IMG/VR virus record: IMGVR_UViG_3300046003_007892
Location: 1-64,000 of that record
Length of the DNA: 64,000 nt
Strand: one strand, 5' to 3'
The position numbers were made by a program, and so were the translations under genes. Below the pieces are notes generated by a model. That model did not search any database, was not told the origin of the DNA, and worked only from the letters and a program-made list of their open reading frames with translations. Of the stretch, positions 44,254 to 53,259 are shown piece by piece; position 1 is the stretch's first letter, and every line of letters begins with the position of its first letter.

Positions 44254-45474
44254 TTATAGAGCAATGGCTCCATTGCGGTCGAACGCCTGAACGATGGTGA
44301 CCTCCATGGGCCCGCCTTTGAGAATGAACTCGTGCTCGTGGTTGAACGCGTTGTCGAGTTCCAGATAGTCGAGCCCGCAGATAATCTGATCGGGCTGAGC
44401 GGTGATCTGGAGGACGACGCCGAACTCACCATCGATCTCGGAATCCTTCCAACGGTTCTGGCTCATGATCTGGCCCATGAAGTTGTCGTCTCCGACGTTG
44501 GCGTTCCTGGCGAAACCATCGGCGACGTATTGCTCGGTCGTCCAGCTTGACGGCCGACCCCACGATATCGACAGCGTGTGGTTGCCCGTCTCGACAGCCT
44601 GCGCGAAATTGTTGTGCGCATCCGAGAAGAGCAGACCCCGATACAGGGTGATGGGCTGGGTCGGCCGAACCGGGAGGGCGAGGAGTTCGTCGATGTAGGA
44701 CTGATGGAGCGGCCACACCTTATTGTTCTTCGCCCATTTCACCACGGCGGTCTTGAGGATTTTCGTCAGTCGGGGCTGCCGGGCTTCCGTAAGGCTCTCG
44801 TCCAGATTTTCGTCGGGGTCATAGGAGATTTTCTCCGCCGTCCATGAGGCGAGCTTGGATTGGAAGATCACACCACGGGGTGCCGACAACCGGCTCGGGT
44901 CATGGAGGTCGTTGAACCAGACACCATCCACGCCCATGACGTCTTCGGCGTAGACGGTCAGGATGAGATCGAGGGGCGAGGTGTCGATGCGGGTCTGCAT
45001 GCAGCGATCTGCGAGTTTCTGGGTCCCGGTCATCCCCGTGGGGATTTCCTTGATGATGATGTCCTCGTTGTATTCGGGGTCCGACTCGGCCTCGGCCTCT
45101 TCGCGGGTATCGAAGACGAAGGCGACTCGGCCATCCATCTCCTCGTCATACCAGGAGACCTGATACTGGGCCTTGGCCTCCGCGTATCCGTTCTCGATTG
45201 CCCATTGCCGAATCTGCGCCTCTTGCCTCTTGCCCACCTTGTGGGCGTCGAGGAAGACGTTGCCGGGCTTGGTCATCTCATAGGTGTCGCCGCCCACGAA
45301 GCCCCGCGCGATTCTCCGCCATGCGTTGGGATGAAGGGAAACAGAGAGGCCCGCACCCTCGTAGGAATCCGCGCGCTTGTCAGTGGCCGTCATGGAGCCG
45401 ACGTGCCAGAGTTTACGGAACGTGCGGGTCTTCAGCGGGGCAGCGGTCTCGAAGAGGAAGGCGGCATAATCCAT
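44254..45474 (-). CDS. Putative packaged two-domain ADP-ribosyltransferase-like protein
   Basis: C-domain LYRG, SSWT, EHE (R-S-E clade); N-domain LWHVG..GLSVS; TAAATA 45479-45484, 4 nt before ATG. Confidence 0.7.
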   Translation of the reverse strand: MDYAAFLFETAAPLKTRTFRKLWHVGSMTATDKRADSYEGAGLSVSLHPNAWRRIARGFVGGDTYEMTKPGNVFLDAHKVGKRQEAQIRQWAIENGYAEAKAQYQVSWYDEEMDGRVAFVFDTREEAEAESDPEYNEDIIIKEIPTGMTGTQKLADRCMQTRIDTSPLDLILTVYAEDVMGVDGVWFNDLHDPSRLSAPRGVIFQSKLASWTAEKISYDPDENLDESLTEARQPRLTKILKTAVVKWAKNNKVWPLHQSYIDELLALPVRPTQPITLYRGLLFSDAHNNFAQAVETGNHTLSISWGRPSSWTTEQYVADGFARNANVGDDNFMGQIMSQNRWKDSEIDGEFGVVLQITAQPDQIICGLDYLELDNAFNHEHEFILKGGPMEVTIVQAFDRNGAIAL

Positions 45475-45481
45475 GCCGTAT

Positions 45482-45781
45482 TTAGGCGGCCCGGCGACGG
45501 CCCTGCATCAGATTGTGCTTGGGCGCGAAGGCGGTGTGGTCTCGGCGCGGGAGACCGAGGCGGTCGGCCTTCCCCAAGACGGCGTTCTTGGTGCAGCCCA
45601 ATTTCTTGCCGATATCGATGGCCAGGAGGTCGGCAGCCCAGAGATCGCGAAGACGTTGGACCCGCTCGGGGTTCCAGAACTTCGCCGCCTCCCTCGCCGC
45701 CAGCTTGACCGCCCGCTCGGCGAGAATGACATCCCAGTCAACGATCTTTTCAACGAAGCGACCGTTCTCACGCTGCTGCAA
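45482..45781 (-). CDS. gcrA: GcrA-like cell-cycle regulator (N-terminal DNA-binding domain)
   Basis: WNPERVQRLRDLW...IGKKLGCTKNAVLGKADRLGL. Confidence 0.85.
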   Translation of the reverse strand: MQQRENGRFVEKIVDWDVILAERAVKLAAREAAKFWNPERVQRLRDLWAADLLAIDIGKKLGCTKNAVLGKADRLGLPRRDHTAFAPKHNLMQGRRRAA

Positions 45782-46238
45782 AGCCGAAGTCCCCTGCCAC
45801 CATGCGGAACGCCACCGCGTCCTTCACTGATCTGAAGTTGAGGATGACGCTGCCGTCTCCCATCCAAAAATTCTTGATCACCTTGGGTGAATATCCGACA
45901 ACCTCCAAGCACCAATCGAGGCCATCACCCAGTCTGGCCTCGGGCGGCATGCACACCATAGCGTTGGTCAGGGCAGGAACCCTGACCAGAACCCTCGACA
46001 TGGTGATCTTGCATCGGTCGGGGTCGTCGGGGATGGCCTCGTAGGCGCCGATCAGCCAGATGGGTTTGTCGCACGACGGGTCGTAGGCTCCGTCATGGCG
46101 TCTCCATTTTTTACCGGGCTCGACACCAGTTGGGTAGGTGGCACTATACTCGGGCAGATAGCCGAAAGCGGAATTGAGATTCGCCATGCATCCTAGACGG
46201 ATTTTGGGCAACCGGCTCAGATAGGGGTCATTCTCCAT
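45768..46238 (-). CDS. Hypothetical protein, FxSxxDAxxFxM family
   Basis: YSATYPTGVEPGKKWRR; ends NFRSVKDAVAFRM. Confidence 0.65.
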   Translation of the reverse strand: MENDPYLSRLPKIRLGCMANLNSAFGYLPEYSATYPTGVEPGKKWRRHDGAYDPSCDKPIWLIGAYEAIPDDPDRCKITMSRVLVRVPALTNAMVCMPPEARLGDGLDWCLEVVGYSPKVIKNFWMGDGSVILNFRSVKDAVAFRMVAGDFGFAAA

Positions 46239-46277
46239 AGCGGTCCCTATACCAGAGGGATTATTTTTGGAAAGTGG

Positions 46278-46306
46278 TTGACCGAATATTTCTCATTCGC
46301 TAGATC
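46278..46306 (+). promoter_or_regulatory. Sigma70/73-like promoter
   Basis: TTGACC-N17-TAGATC, with GCTAGATC matching the Caulobacter-type -10. Confidence 0.6.
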
Positions 46307-46330
46307 GGTCTGGCATTCTGGAGAGAAGCG

Positions 46331-46702
46331 TTGAGCTATACCGGTTGGGAACTGCCGCCCGAAGAACGAGCGCGCCTGCTGGGCGTGTTCGCCCCCACAT
46401 ACCCAGACGTCGTCGCCCACCACATCACGCTCCGGCTGGGTGGCAAGCCAGATGTTCTTCCCGAAGCCACGACCGCCACCGTGATCGGCGTGACCGACGA
46501 TGGCGTCGGACTGGAAGCCCTGATCGTCGAGATCGCTGGCACGACTGAACGCCCGGATGGGAAGACCTACCACATCACATGGTCGGTGGACCGCGCGGCC
46601 GGGTTCGCACCCAAGATGGCCGCAGGCCTGATCAACACTCACGGCTGGCGAGCCGTGGAGCCGACCGATATCAACATCTCACCGAGGTTCTTTGCTCAAT
46701 GA
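46331..46702 (+). CDS. 2H phosphoesterase
   Basis: Two HxT motifs (HHITL, YHITW). Confidence 0.75.
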   Translation: MSYTGWELPPEERARLLGVFAPTYPDVVAHHITLRLGGKPDVLPEATTATVIGVTDDGVGLEALIVEIAGTTERPDGKTYHITWSVDRAAGFAPKMAAGLINTHGWRAVEPTDINISPRFFAQ

Positions 46703-46878
46703 CTCGATACGTCCTCAAGACCAACAACACCCGCACGGCCATGATCAAACTTGGCGGCATCGAAGGCGTTCGTATCGTCGGAGGGGTTGGCGCCCTGGTC
46801 GTTGAGGTCCATGCTCTGTCCATCCGCAGCGTGAATCGCACGCTCGACGGCTACGGTGAATTGGTCGCCCAACAATGA
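46699..46878 (+). CDS. Small hypothetical protein
   Basis: ATGA coupling on both sides. Confidence 0.55.
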   Translation: MTRYVLKTNNTRTAMIKLGGIEGVRIVGGVGALVVEVHALSIRSVNRTLDGYGELVAQQ

Positions 46879-47342
46879 AGATTGAATACCTTCACGGAGA
46901 CGCCCTAGAGGGACCCGAAACGGTCATCATACAGGGCTGCAACGCGCAAGGTGCCATGGGGTCAGGTTTTGCTAAAGCGATCAGGGACCGTCATCCCGAA
47001 GTCTACGACGGGTATCGGGCAATTTACGAACGTCAGGGTAATCGACTCCGACTCGGACAGGTCATCACCGTGGATGTGGGTTCGCGCATCTTCGCCAACG
47101 CCATCACCCAAGAGTTCTATGGACGCGACCCTGACGTCGTCTACGTCTCGTATGACGCCATGGCAGCAGCGTATGAGGAGATGGACCGCATCGCAATCAG
47201 TGCTCGGGTGGGGGAAGAGCCGCCTCGTTTCGCAATGCCTCTCATTGGGGCTGGGCTTGCAAACGGAGACTGGTCCATCATCGCCGCCATTATTGAAGCC
47301 AAGGCGAAGAACTTTGTCCCTGTCGTCTATCGTTTCCCATAA
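46875..47342 (+). CDS. Macrodomain (ADP-ribose-1''-phosphate processing type)
   Basis: GD.L...IIQGCNAQGAMGSGFAKAI...MPLIGAGLANGDW. Confidence 0.9.
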   Translation: MKIEYLHGDALEGPETVIIQGCNAQGAMGSGFAKAIRDRHPEVYDGYRAIYERQGNRLRLGQVITVDVGSRIFANAITQEFYGRDPDVVYVSYDAMAAAYEEMDRIAISARVGEEPPRFAMPLIGAGLANGDWSIIAAIIEAKAKNFVPVVYRFP

Positions 47343-47670
47343 CGCAAACCCGGCCCTCAAGGGTTATCGAGACCTCACGGGCGACGGGCGCATCCTCCTG
47401 GTCTTCAATGACCATCTGTGCCCGATCACGCCCAAATACCGGGCTGAGATCGTGCTGGAATACAACGCCGCCGACGCCGAGCCATGGTTGCGGATAACGA
47501 AGAACCGGTACGGCAAGGACGACATCTTCGCGTATCTGCGCGACCTCGGCTTTGAGGTATCGAAGAGCATCCTCCATCTTGACGATTTCGGCATCGGTCA
47601 CATCAAATATTCCGAGGCCATGTTGATGGCCCTCGTCATGTATTCACCATCTGAAGAAGAAATAAGTTGA
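47314..47670 (+). CDS. Hypothetical protein
   Basis: 3' part of track ORF 46951-47670; start uncertain. Confidence 0.5.
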   Translation: MSLSSIVSHNANPALKGYRDLTGDGRILLVFNDHLCPITPKYRAEIVLEYNAADAEPWLRITKNRYGKDDIFAYLRDLGFEVSKSILHLDDFGIGHIKYSEAMLMALVMYSPSEEEIS

Positions 47671-47696
47671 CGGAAGCCTTGCCGTCCTGCTAAATA
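47667..47696 (+). promoter_or_regulatory. Hybrid promoter of NAD operon (TTGACG..GCTAAATA)
   Basis: -35 hexamer plus a -10 that is also the late TAAATA box. Confidence 0.55.
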
Positions 47697-47752
47697 GGCT
47701 CATCAGCATCGGGATAGACCCAACGCTGACCAGAGCTTAGTGGGATTCACTT

Positions 47753-48904
47753 ATGGCACCGAACACCAGCGCATCGCCCGCGCACGACCTCGCCGTTTTC
47801 ATTGGCAGGTTCCAGCCGTTTCATAACGGCCACCTTCACGTCATTCTTCAGGCCCTCCTGTTCGCCCGTTACGTGCTGATCGTCATCGGCTCGCACGACA
47901 TGGCGCGTCGGCCTGATCACCTTCCCTTCACCAGCGACGAACGTCGTGACATGATTCTCGCGGGCATCCCCGCCGAGTTCCACGACCGCATCCGCTTCGC
48001 CTACGCGGAAGACTTCGGCAACATGACGATGTGGACCAGCAACGTCCGCCGCATGGCCGAGGTAGTCCTGGCCGAGACCGCCTTCCCCAAAGACGTCAAC
48101 GACTGCTCGGTCACCCTGATCGGGCACAAGAAGGACAACTCGTCCTTCTATCTGTCGGCCTTCCAAGACTGGGAGACCATCGACGTCGCCAACCACGAGA
48201 ACCTGTCCGCGACGCCGATGCGTGAGAAATATCTCAACGCCGACGAGGGCGAAGTCGCCGAGTTCTTCCGAGACGCCGCCATGATGATGCCCAAGGGCAC
48301 CGTGGACTGGCTCAAGGCCTTCATGGTCTCGCGCTACTATCGCGAGATGGTCGCCGAATGGCAGTTCATGAAGGACTACCTGCGCCCCTACCTCGCGCTG
48401 CCGTATCCGCCCAAGTTCGTCACCGTGGACAACGTCGTCATCTTTGGCGACAAGGTTCTGCTGGTCCTCCGCAAGGGCTACCCGTGCAAGGGCCTGTGGG
48501 CTCTGCCGGGCGGCCACCTCAACGACGACGAGAACGTCATCACGGGCTGCCTGCGGGAACTCAAGGAAGAGACCAAGCTGAAGGTCCCCGAGGCCATCCT
48601 GCGCGGCAGCATCATCGGCGAGCCCAAGGTCTACGACAATCCCTACCGGTCGATGCGGAAGCGGACCATCACGCACGCCGTCCTGGTCCACATCGTTCCG
48701 AAGATTCCGACGCGCCAGGATGGCACGCTGGAAACCGACCCGGACAAGATCAGGGCCGCTCTGGCGCCGCCGAAGATCAAGGCGTCGGACGACGCCAAGA
48801 AGGCCCAGTGGGTTCCCCTGCACGAGATCAAGCGCAGTGAACTCATGGAAGACCACTGGCAAATCATCCAAGAGATGCGCCAGCGCATCCCGGCAGACAA
48901 GTAA
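47753..48904 (+). CDS. nadM: Bifunctional NMN/NaMN adenylyltransferase - Nudix ADP-ribose pyrophosphatase
   Basis: IGRFQPFHNGH; WALPGG..DENVITGCLRELKEET Nudix box. Confidence 0.93.
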   Translation: MAPNTSASPAHDLAVFIGRFQPFHNGHLHVILQALLFARYVLIVIGSHDMARRPDHLPFTSDERRDMILAGIPAEFHDRIRFAYAEDFGNMTMWTSNVRRMAEVVLAETAFPKDVNDCSVTLIGHKKDNSSFYLSAFQDWETIDVANHENLSATPMREKYLNADEGEVAEFFRDAAMMMPKGTVDWLKAFMVSRYYREMVAEWQFMKDYLRPYLALPYPPKFVTVDNVVIFGDKVLLVLRKGYPCKGLWALPGGHLNDDENVITGCLRELKEETKLKVPEAILRGSIIGEPKVYDNPYRSMRKRTITHAVLVHIVPKIPTRQDGTLETDPDKIRAALAPPKIKASDDAKKAQWVPLHEIKRSELMEDHWQIIQEMRQRIPADK

Positions 48905-48915
48905 GGGCCCCGACC

Positions 48916-50280
48916 ATGATCAACTTCGATTTCGCCAAGCGGGCCTACGATCACAGCTTCAAGATCGACCCCATCATCCGGTTCCTGTCGGACACGGATT
49001 TCTACAAGCTGTTGATGCACCAGTTCATCTACCGGAACTTCTACAACACGACGGTGTCCTTCCAGGTCTTCAACCGGTCGGACTCCGTGCTGCTCGCGAC
49101 CGAGATCGACGAGGCCGAACTCCGCGCCCAACTCGACCACGTTCGCACCCTGAAATGGGAGCAAAACGAACTCAACTACCTGAAGGCCCAGGAGTTCTAC
49201 GGCAAGCGGGACCTGTTCTGCAACGCCTACCTGGACTACCTCCAACACAGCTTCAAGCTCAGCGACTACGATCTGGAGATGACCGCCAACGGTCAAATTC
49301 TGCTGACCTTCAAGGGCACGTGGGTCGAGGTCACCCTGTGGGAAATCTACGCGCTGGCGATCATCAACGAGATGCGCTACCGCCGCAAGATGGCCCTGAT
49401 GACCAAGATGGGTCTCGACGTCATGTATTCGCAGGCCAAGACCAAGGCCTACCGGAAGGCCAAGAAGCTCGCCCGTCTGGCCAACCTGAAGATCACCGAC
49501 TTCGGCACCCGTCGCCGTCACAGCCATCTCTGGCAGGAATACATCATCCTCCTCTACCGGGACATCCTCGGCGACCGCTTCATCGGCACGTCGAACGTCT
49601 ACTTCGCCATGAAGCACGGCCTGAACGCCATCGGGACCAACGCGCACGAGATGCCGATGGCCTACGCCGCCATGGCCGCCGCCCACGGTGGTTCGGACGA
49701 AGAAATCCGGGAGGCTCAATACAAGTTCCTCCGGGATTGGGCGGCCGATTATCGCGGCGGTCTTCAGGTCTTCCTTCCCGACACCTTCGGCACCACCCAG
49801 TTCCTCAAGGGCGCCCCGCTCTGGCTGAAGGAATGGCGCGGTGGTCGCCCGGATTCCAAGAAACCCATTCCGGGCGGCGAGGAACTGATCGCCTACTGGA
49901 AGGAACACGACGAGGCCATCGAAGAGAAGCTGATCGTTTTCGCTGACGGCCTCGACGTCCGCATCGACGGCTTCGAGCCCAACGGCGAAGACATCACGGC
50001 CATCTATGAACACTTCGAGCCCACGGGCGTCGGCCACACCTACGGTCTGGGCACGATGGGGACCTGTGACTTCCTCGGCTGTCACCCCGACGATACCGAC
50101 GACGTCCAGATCATGAAGCCGATCTCGCTCGTCTGCAAACTCAGCGAAGTTGAAGATGTCCCGGCTGTCAAGCTGTCGGACAACTACAAGAAAGCGACGA
50201 GCGCGAGCCCCGAAGAGGTCGCCCGCTATCGTGCGATCTTTGGTCACGAGGGGATGGAGAACATCCCCGTCCAGGTCTAG
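48916..50280 (+). CDS. pncB: Nicotinate phosphoribosyltransferase
   Basis: DTDFYKLLMHQ, DFGTRRRHS, GTNAHE, PDTFGT, RPDS, AVKLSDN..KATS. Confidence 0.93.
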   Translation: MINFDFAKRAYDHSFKIDPIIRFLSDTDFYKLLMHQFIYRNFYNTTVSFQVFNRSDSVLLATEIDEAELRAQLDHVRTLKWEQNELNYLKAQEFYGKRDLFCNAYLDYLQHSFKLSDYDLEMTANGQILLTFKGTWVEVTLWEIYALAIINEMRYRRKMALMTKMGLDVMYSQAKTKAYRKAKKLARLANLKITDFGTRRRHSHLWQEYIILLYRDILGDRFIGTSNVYFAMKHGLNAIGTNAHEMPMAYAAMAAAHGGSDEEIREAQYKFLRDWAADYRGGLQVFLPDTFGTTQFLKGAPLWLKEWRGGRPDSKKPIPGGEELIAYWKEHDEAIEEKLIVFADGLDVRIDGFEPNGEDITAIYEHFEPTGVGHTYGLGTMGTCDFLGCHPDDTDDVQIMKPISLVCKLSEVEDVPAVKLSDNYKKATSASPEEVARYRAIFGHEGMENIPVQV

Positions 50281-50330
50281 TTGTAAAGAAAAACATTGCC
50301 AGATGTGAAATCTGGAGTAAGGACAATATC

Positions 50331-50948
50331 ATGAGAACCCATCCGAAAAAGTTCGTCGTCTTCGTTGATACCCAAGGCGACTTCGTCTTCCGCAACGGCA
50401 AGCTGCCGGTCGCCGATGCCGAGAGCATCCTGGCCGACCTTCTTCGCTATGCTTCTGAACTCAGCCCCGACGAGGTCGATGGCGTGCTGTTCACCTTCGA
50501 CACCCACGAGCGGGAGACCTACATGGGTTCGCCCGAGAACCTCGGCAATCCCGACGCGGGAGAGCCCGGTTTCGACATCCACTGCGAGCGCGGCACGCCG
50601 GGCTGGGAGAATGTCGTCAACCCCCGGCTGATCGATTCCCGCATCCCCGTCTACACGCTGGAGAAGGGCGTGTTCGACATGTGGGCCGAAGACAATATCG
50701 AAGTTCACGGCGAGCAGATGTATGCGCCCAAGAACCGCGACGCCTTCATCGCCCGCTTCCTCACCGAGGGACAGACCGTCGAGGTTGTCGGCGTCGCCGC
50801 CGACTTCTGTGTGAAGTGGGCCGTGGACGGCTTCGTCAAGCGGGGCTTCCATGTCGTGGTCCCCTCGGAACTCACGCGAGGCATCATTCGCCAAATCGAT
50901 CAGGTGGTCGAGGAAGACTACGCGGAAGGTTCGGTCACCGTCATCTAA
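50331..50948 (+). CDS. pncA: Nicotinamidase (isochorismatase family)
   Basis: VDTQGDF, DTH, HCERGT.GW, KG, VGVAADFCV. Confidence 0.9.
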   Translation: MRTHPKKFVVFVDTQGDFVFRNGKLPVADAESILADLLRYASELSPDEVDGVLFTFDTHERETYMGSPENLGNPDAGEPGFDIHCERGTPGWENVVNPRLIDSRIPVYTLEKGVFDMWAEDNIEVHGEQMYAPKNRDAFIARFLTEGQTVEVVGVAADFCVKWAVDGFVKRGFHVVVPSELTRGIIRQIDQVVEEDYAEGSVTVI

Positions 50949-51038
50949 TACTTGACGAGAATAGAACCTGTGTTAGTTGGTGTTCAACAGGTGGGTTCCA
51001 AGGGGGTGCCCACCGCAACCAGAAGAGATTTTTCTTTC

Positions 51039-51587
51039 ATGTTTGACATCAACGAAGGCGACCGCACCCTTCTCATCATCGACGGTTCGAACCTGTATTC
51101 GGCAGCCAAGTCCCTCGGTCTGGAACTGGACTTCAAGAGGCTCCTGTCCGCCGTCAAGGAAGAGGGCCGCCTTGTTCAGGCCAAATACTATACCGCGATC
51201 TCGGCCGACCCCGAAGAGTTCTCCCCCATCCGGGGTCTGGTCGATTTCCTCGACTACAACGGCTACTCGCTGGTCACCAAGCCCATGAAACGTTTCACGG
51301 ACTCGCAAGGCGTCTTGCGCACCAAGGGCAACATGGACATCGAGATGGCGGTGGACATGGTTCGGATGGCCGACCACGTCGATCACATCATTCTGTTCTC
51401 CGGCGATGGCGACTTCCGCCGCGTTGTTGAGGCCGTCCAGGAGAAAGGCGTCCGCGTCACGGTCGTCTCGACCATGAAGAGCCAGCCGCCCCAGATCGCC
51501 GACGAGCTTCGTCGTCAGGCCGACTGCTTCCTCGATCTCACCACCCTGGCCGCCGTCATTGGCCGGACACCGCCCGCCCCGAAATAA
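51039..51587 (+). CDS. NYN domain LabA/DUF88 protein
   Basis: IDGSNLY, KGNMDIEMAVD, LFSGDGDF, ELRRQAD.F.DL. Confidence 0.9.
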   Translation: MFDINEGDRTLLIIDGSNLYSAAKSLGLELDFKRLLSAVKEEGRLVQAKYYTAISADPEEFSPIRGLVDFLDYNGYSLVTKPMKRFTDSQGVLRTKGNMDIEMAVDMVRMADHVDHIILFSGDGDFRRVVEAVQEKGVRVTVVSTMKSQPPQIADELRRQADCFLDLTTLAAVIGRTPPAPK

Positions 51588-51644
51588 TTTTGTCTCCGTC
51601 ATAGATTTTTGGTAAACGAAAATCTCAACAGCAAAGGTTAACGA

Positions 51645-52346
51645 ATGATTCGTTCCACTCTCTTCGCGGTTCTCGCCGCATCCGCTTCCCTTCTGGCTTC
51701 GGCCGCTTCGGCTCAGGACAACCTGTCCTTCAACGTCGGCGTCACCTCCGACTATGTGACGCGCGGTTCCAGTCAGACCGGCCATGACGCCGCCATTCAG
51801 GGCGGCGCCGACTATGTGTTCGGCGACAGCGGCTTCTACGTCGGCGCATGGGGCTCCACCGTCGATTTCGGCGATGGCACCGATGCCGAACTCGACTACT
51901 ACGGTGGCTACCGCACGGTGGCGGCGGGTTGGGGTCTCGACTTCGGTCTGGCCTCCTACAACTACACCAACGCCCCGGCCGACATCGACATGGTCGAGGC
52001 CCTCGTGACTGCCACCCGCACCTTCGGGACGGTCGGCACCACCTTCCAGGTCGCCTACTCGCCCGACTACTTCAACATCGGCTCCGAAGGCGTCTGGCTC
52101 GAAGCCGGGGCCACCGTGCCGGTCGCCGACCGTCTGACCCTGTCGGGCTCCGTGGGCGCCCAGATCGTCGAAGAGCAGGGCTTCGGCAATGCCTCCTATG
52201 AGACCTGGAATGTCGGGCTGGGCTACAAGCTGACCGACAATCTGTCCGCCGATCTCCGCTACACGGGCAACAACCTCCGCGACACCGATTTCGGCGCCGA
52301 TTTCGCCGACGACACGGTCGCGTTCACCATCAACGCGGCCTTCTAA
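51645..52346 (+). CDS. TIGR02001/TorF-family outer-membrane beta-barrel
   Basis: Signal peptide; TSDYVTRGSSQT...AIQGGADY...YVGAWGSTVDF...ELDYYGG; C-terminal Phe. Confidence 0.85.
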   Translation: MIRSTLFAVLAASASLLASAASAQDNLSFNVGVTSDYVTRGSSQTGHDAAIQGGADYVFGDSGFYVGAWGSTVDFGDGTDAELDYYGGYRTVAAGWGLDFGLASYNYTNAPADIDMVEALVTATRTFGTVGTTFQVAYSPDYFNIGSEGVWLEAGATVPVADRLTLSGSVGAQIVEEQGFGNASYETWNVGLGYKLTDNLSADLRYTGNNLRDTDFGADFADDTVAFTINAAF

Positions 52347-52358
52347 GGAAAAGCGCAG

Positions 52359-53021
52359 ATGACCGATTTCTTCCAAGCAATCTCGACGGCGGCGGCAGCA
52401 ATGACCCCGCTGGAAATCTTCGCGACGGTGACGTCGGCCCTCTGCGTGTTTCTCGCAGGGAAGCGGAAGGTGATCAACTACCCCATCGGTATCGTGGGGA
52501 CGATTGCCTTTTTCTTCTTCTTCTGGAACGTCGGCCTCTACAGTTCCGCCATCCTCCAGGTGTTCTTCACCGCCGTTCAGTTCTACGGCTGGTGGTACTG
52601 GCTCAAGGGCAACAAGGGCACTCCTCCCCCGATCACGCGGGCAAACCGCAACTGGTTGATCGGGGGCGGGGTGGCCGCCATCGTCGGAGCCTACGCGCTG
52701 TCGCTGATCACCGGGGCCTTCAACGCCAACATGGCGTTCGCTGACGCGGTCATCTTCGGCCTCAGCGTGGTCGCCCAGTTCTTCATGGACCGCAAGAAGC
52801 TGGAAAGCTGGCTGGTCTGGGGCGTCGTCAACGTCCTGTCCATCTATGTGTACGGCAGCCAGGGTCTGGTCCTGACGACCGTCCTCTACGTCGCCTTCCT
52901 CGTCCATGCCGGTTACGGCTGGTGGCAGTGGTATCGGGAGTGGGAGGTACGCACCCGTAGCGAAGCCGAGACCAAGCGGGTCTGGCAGAACGCCGACGCC
53001 AGCAAGGGAACTGTGGTCTGA
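52359..53021 (+). CDS. pnuC: Nicotinamide riboside transporter
   Basis: NYPIGI, QFYGWWYW, SVVAQFFM.RKKLESWLVW..VN. Confidence 0.92.
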   Translation: MTDFFQAISTAAAAMTPLEIFATVTSALCVFLAGKRKVINYPIGIVGTIAFFFFFWNVGLYSSAILQVFFTAVQFYGWWYWLKGNKGTPPPITRANRNWLIGGGVAAIVGAYALSLITGAFNANMAFADAVIFGLSVVAQFFMDRKKLESWLVWGVVNVLSIYVYGSQGLVLTTVLYVAFLVHAGYGWWQWYREWEVRTRSEAETKRVWQNADASKGTVV

Positions 53022-53022
53022 T

Positions 53023-53259
53023 ATGAGTGCAGTCGAGATTGCTCGGAACCACAAGACCCTCCAGGTCGTGGACAACCTTGGCAACGAGTTTACCCTCTAC
53101 TGCAACGGCGGGGAAGTCATGGTAAGTCTCGTGGAGGTTCCGAAGGCCAAGGGGGAGGAGGCGGAGATCGGCCGCACCTTCCTCGATCTCGACACCCTTG
53201 AAGTCGTCCTCATGGAAGCCTTGGATTTCGTCCGGTCCAAGAATCCAAAGCTTCCATGA
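53023..53259 (+). CDS. Small hypothetical protein
   Basis: ATG 1 nt after pnuC stop. Confidence 0.55.
   Translation: MSAVEIARNHKTLQVVDNLGNEFTLYCNGGEVMVSLVEVPKAKGEEAEIGRTFLDLDTLEVVLMEALDFVRSKNPKLP

Noticed and set aside
47747-53084. Long minus-strand ORFs (47747-48871, 48643-50247, 50973-53084)
   Set aside because: Shadows of the NAD operon, whose plus-strand products have clear family motifs.
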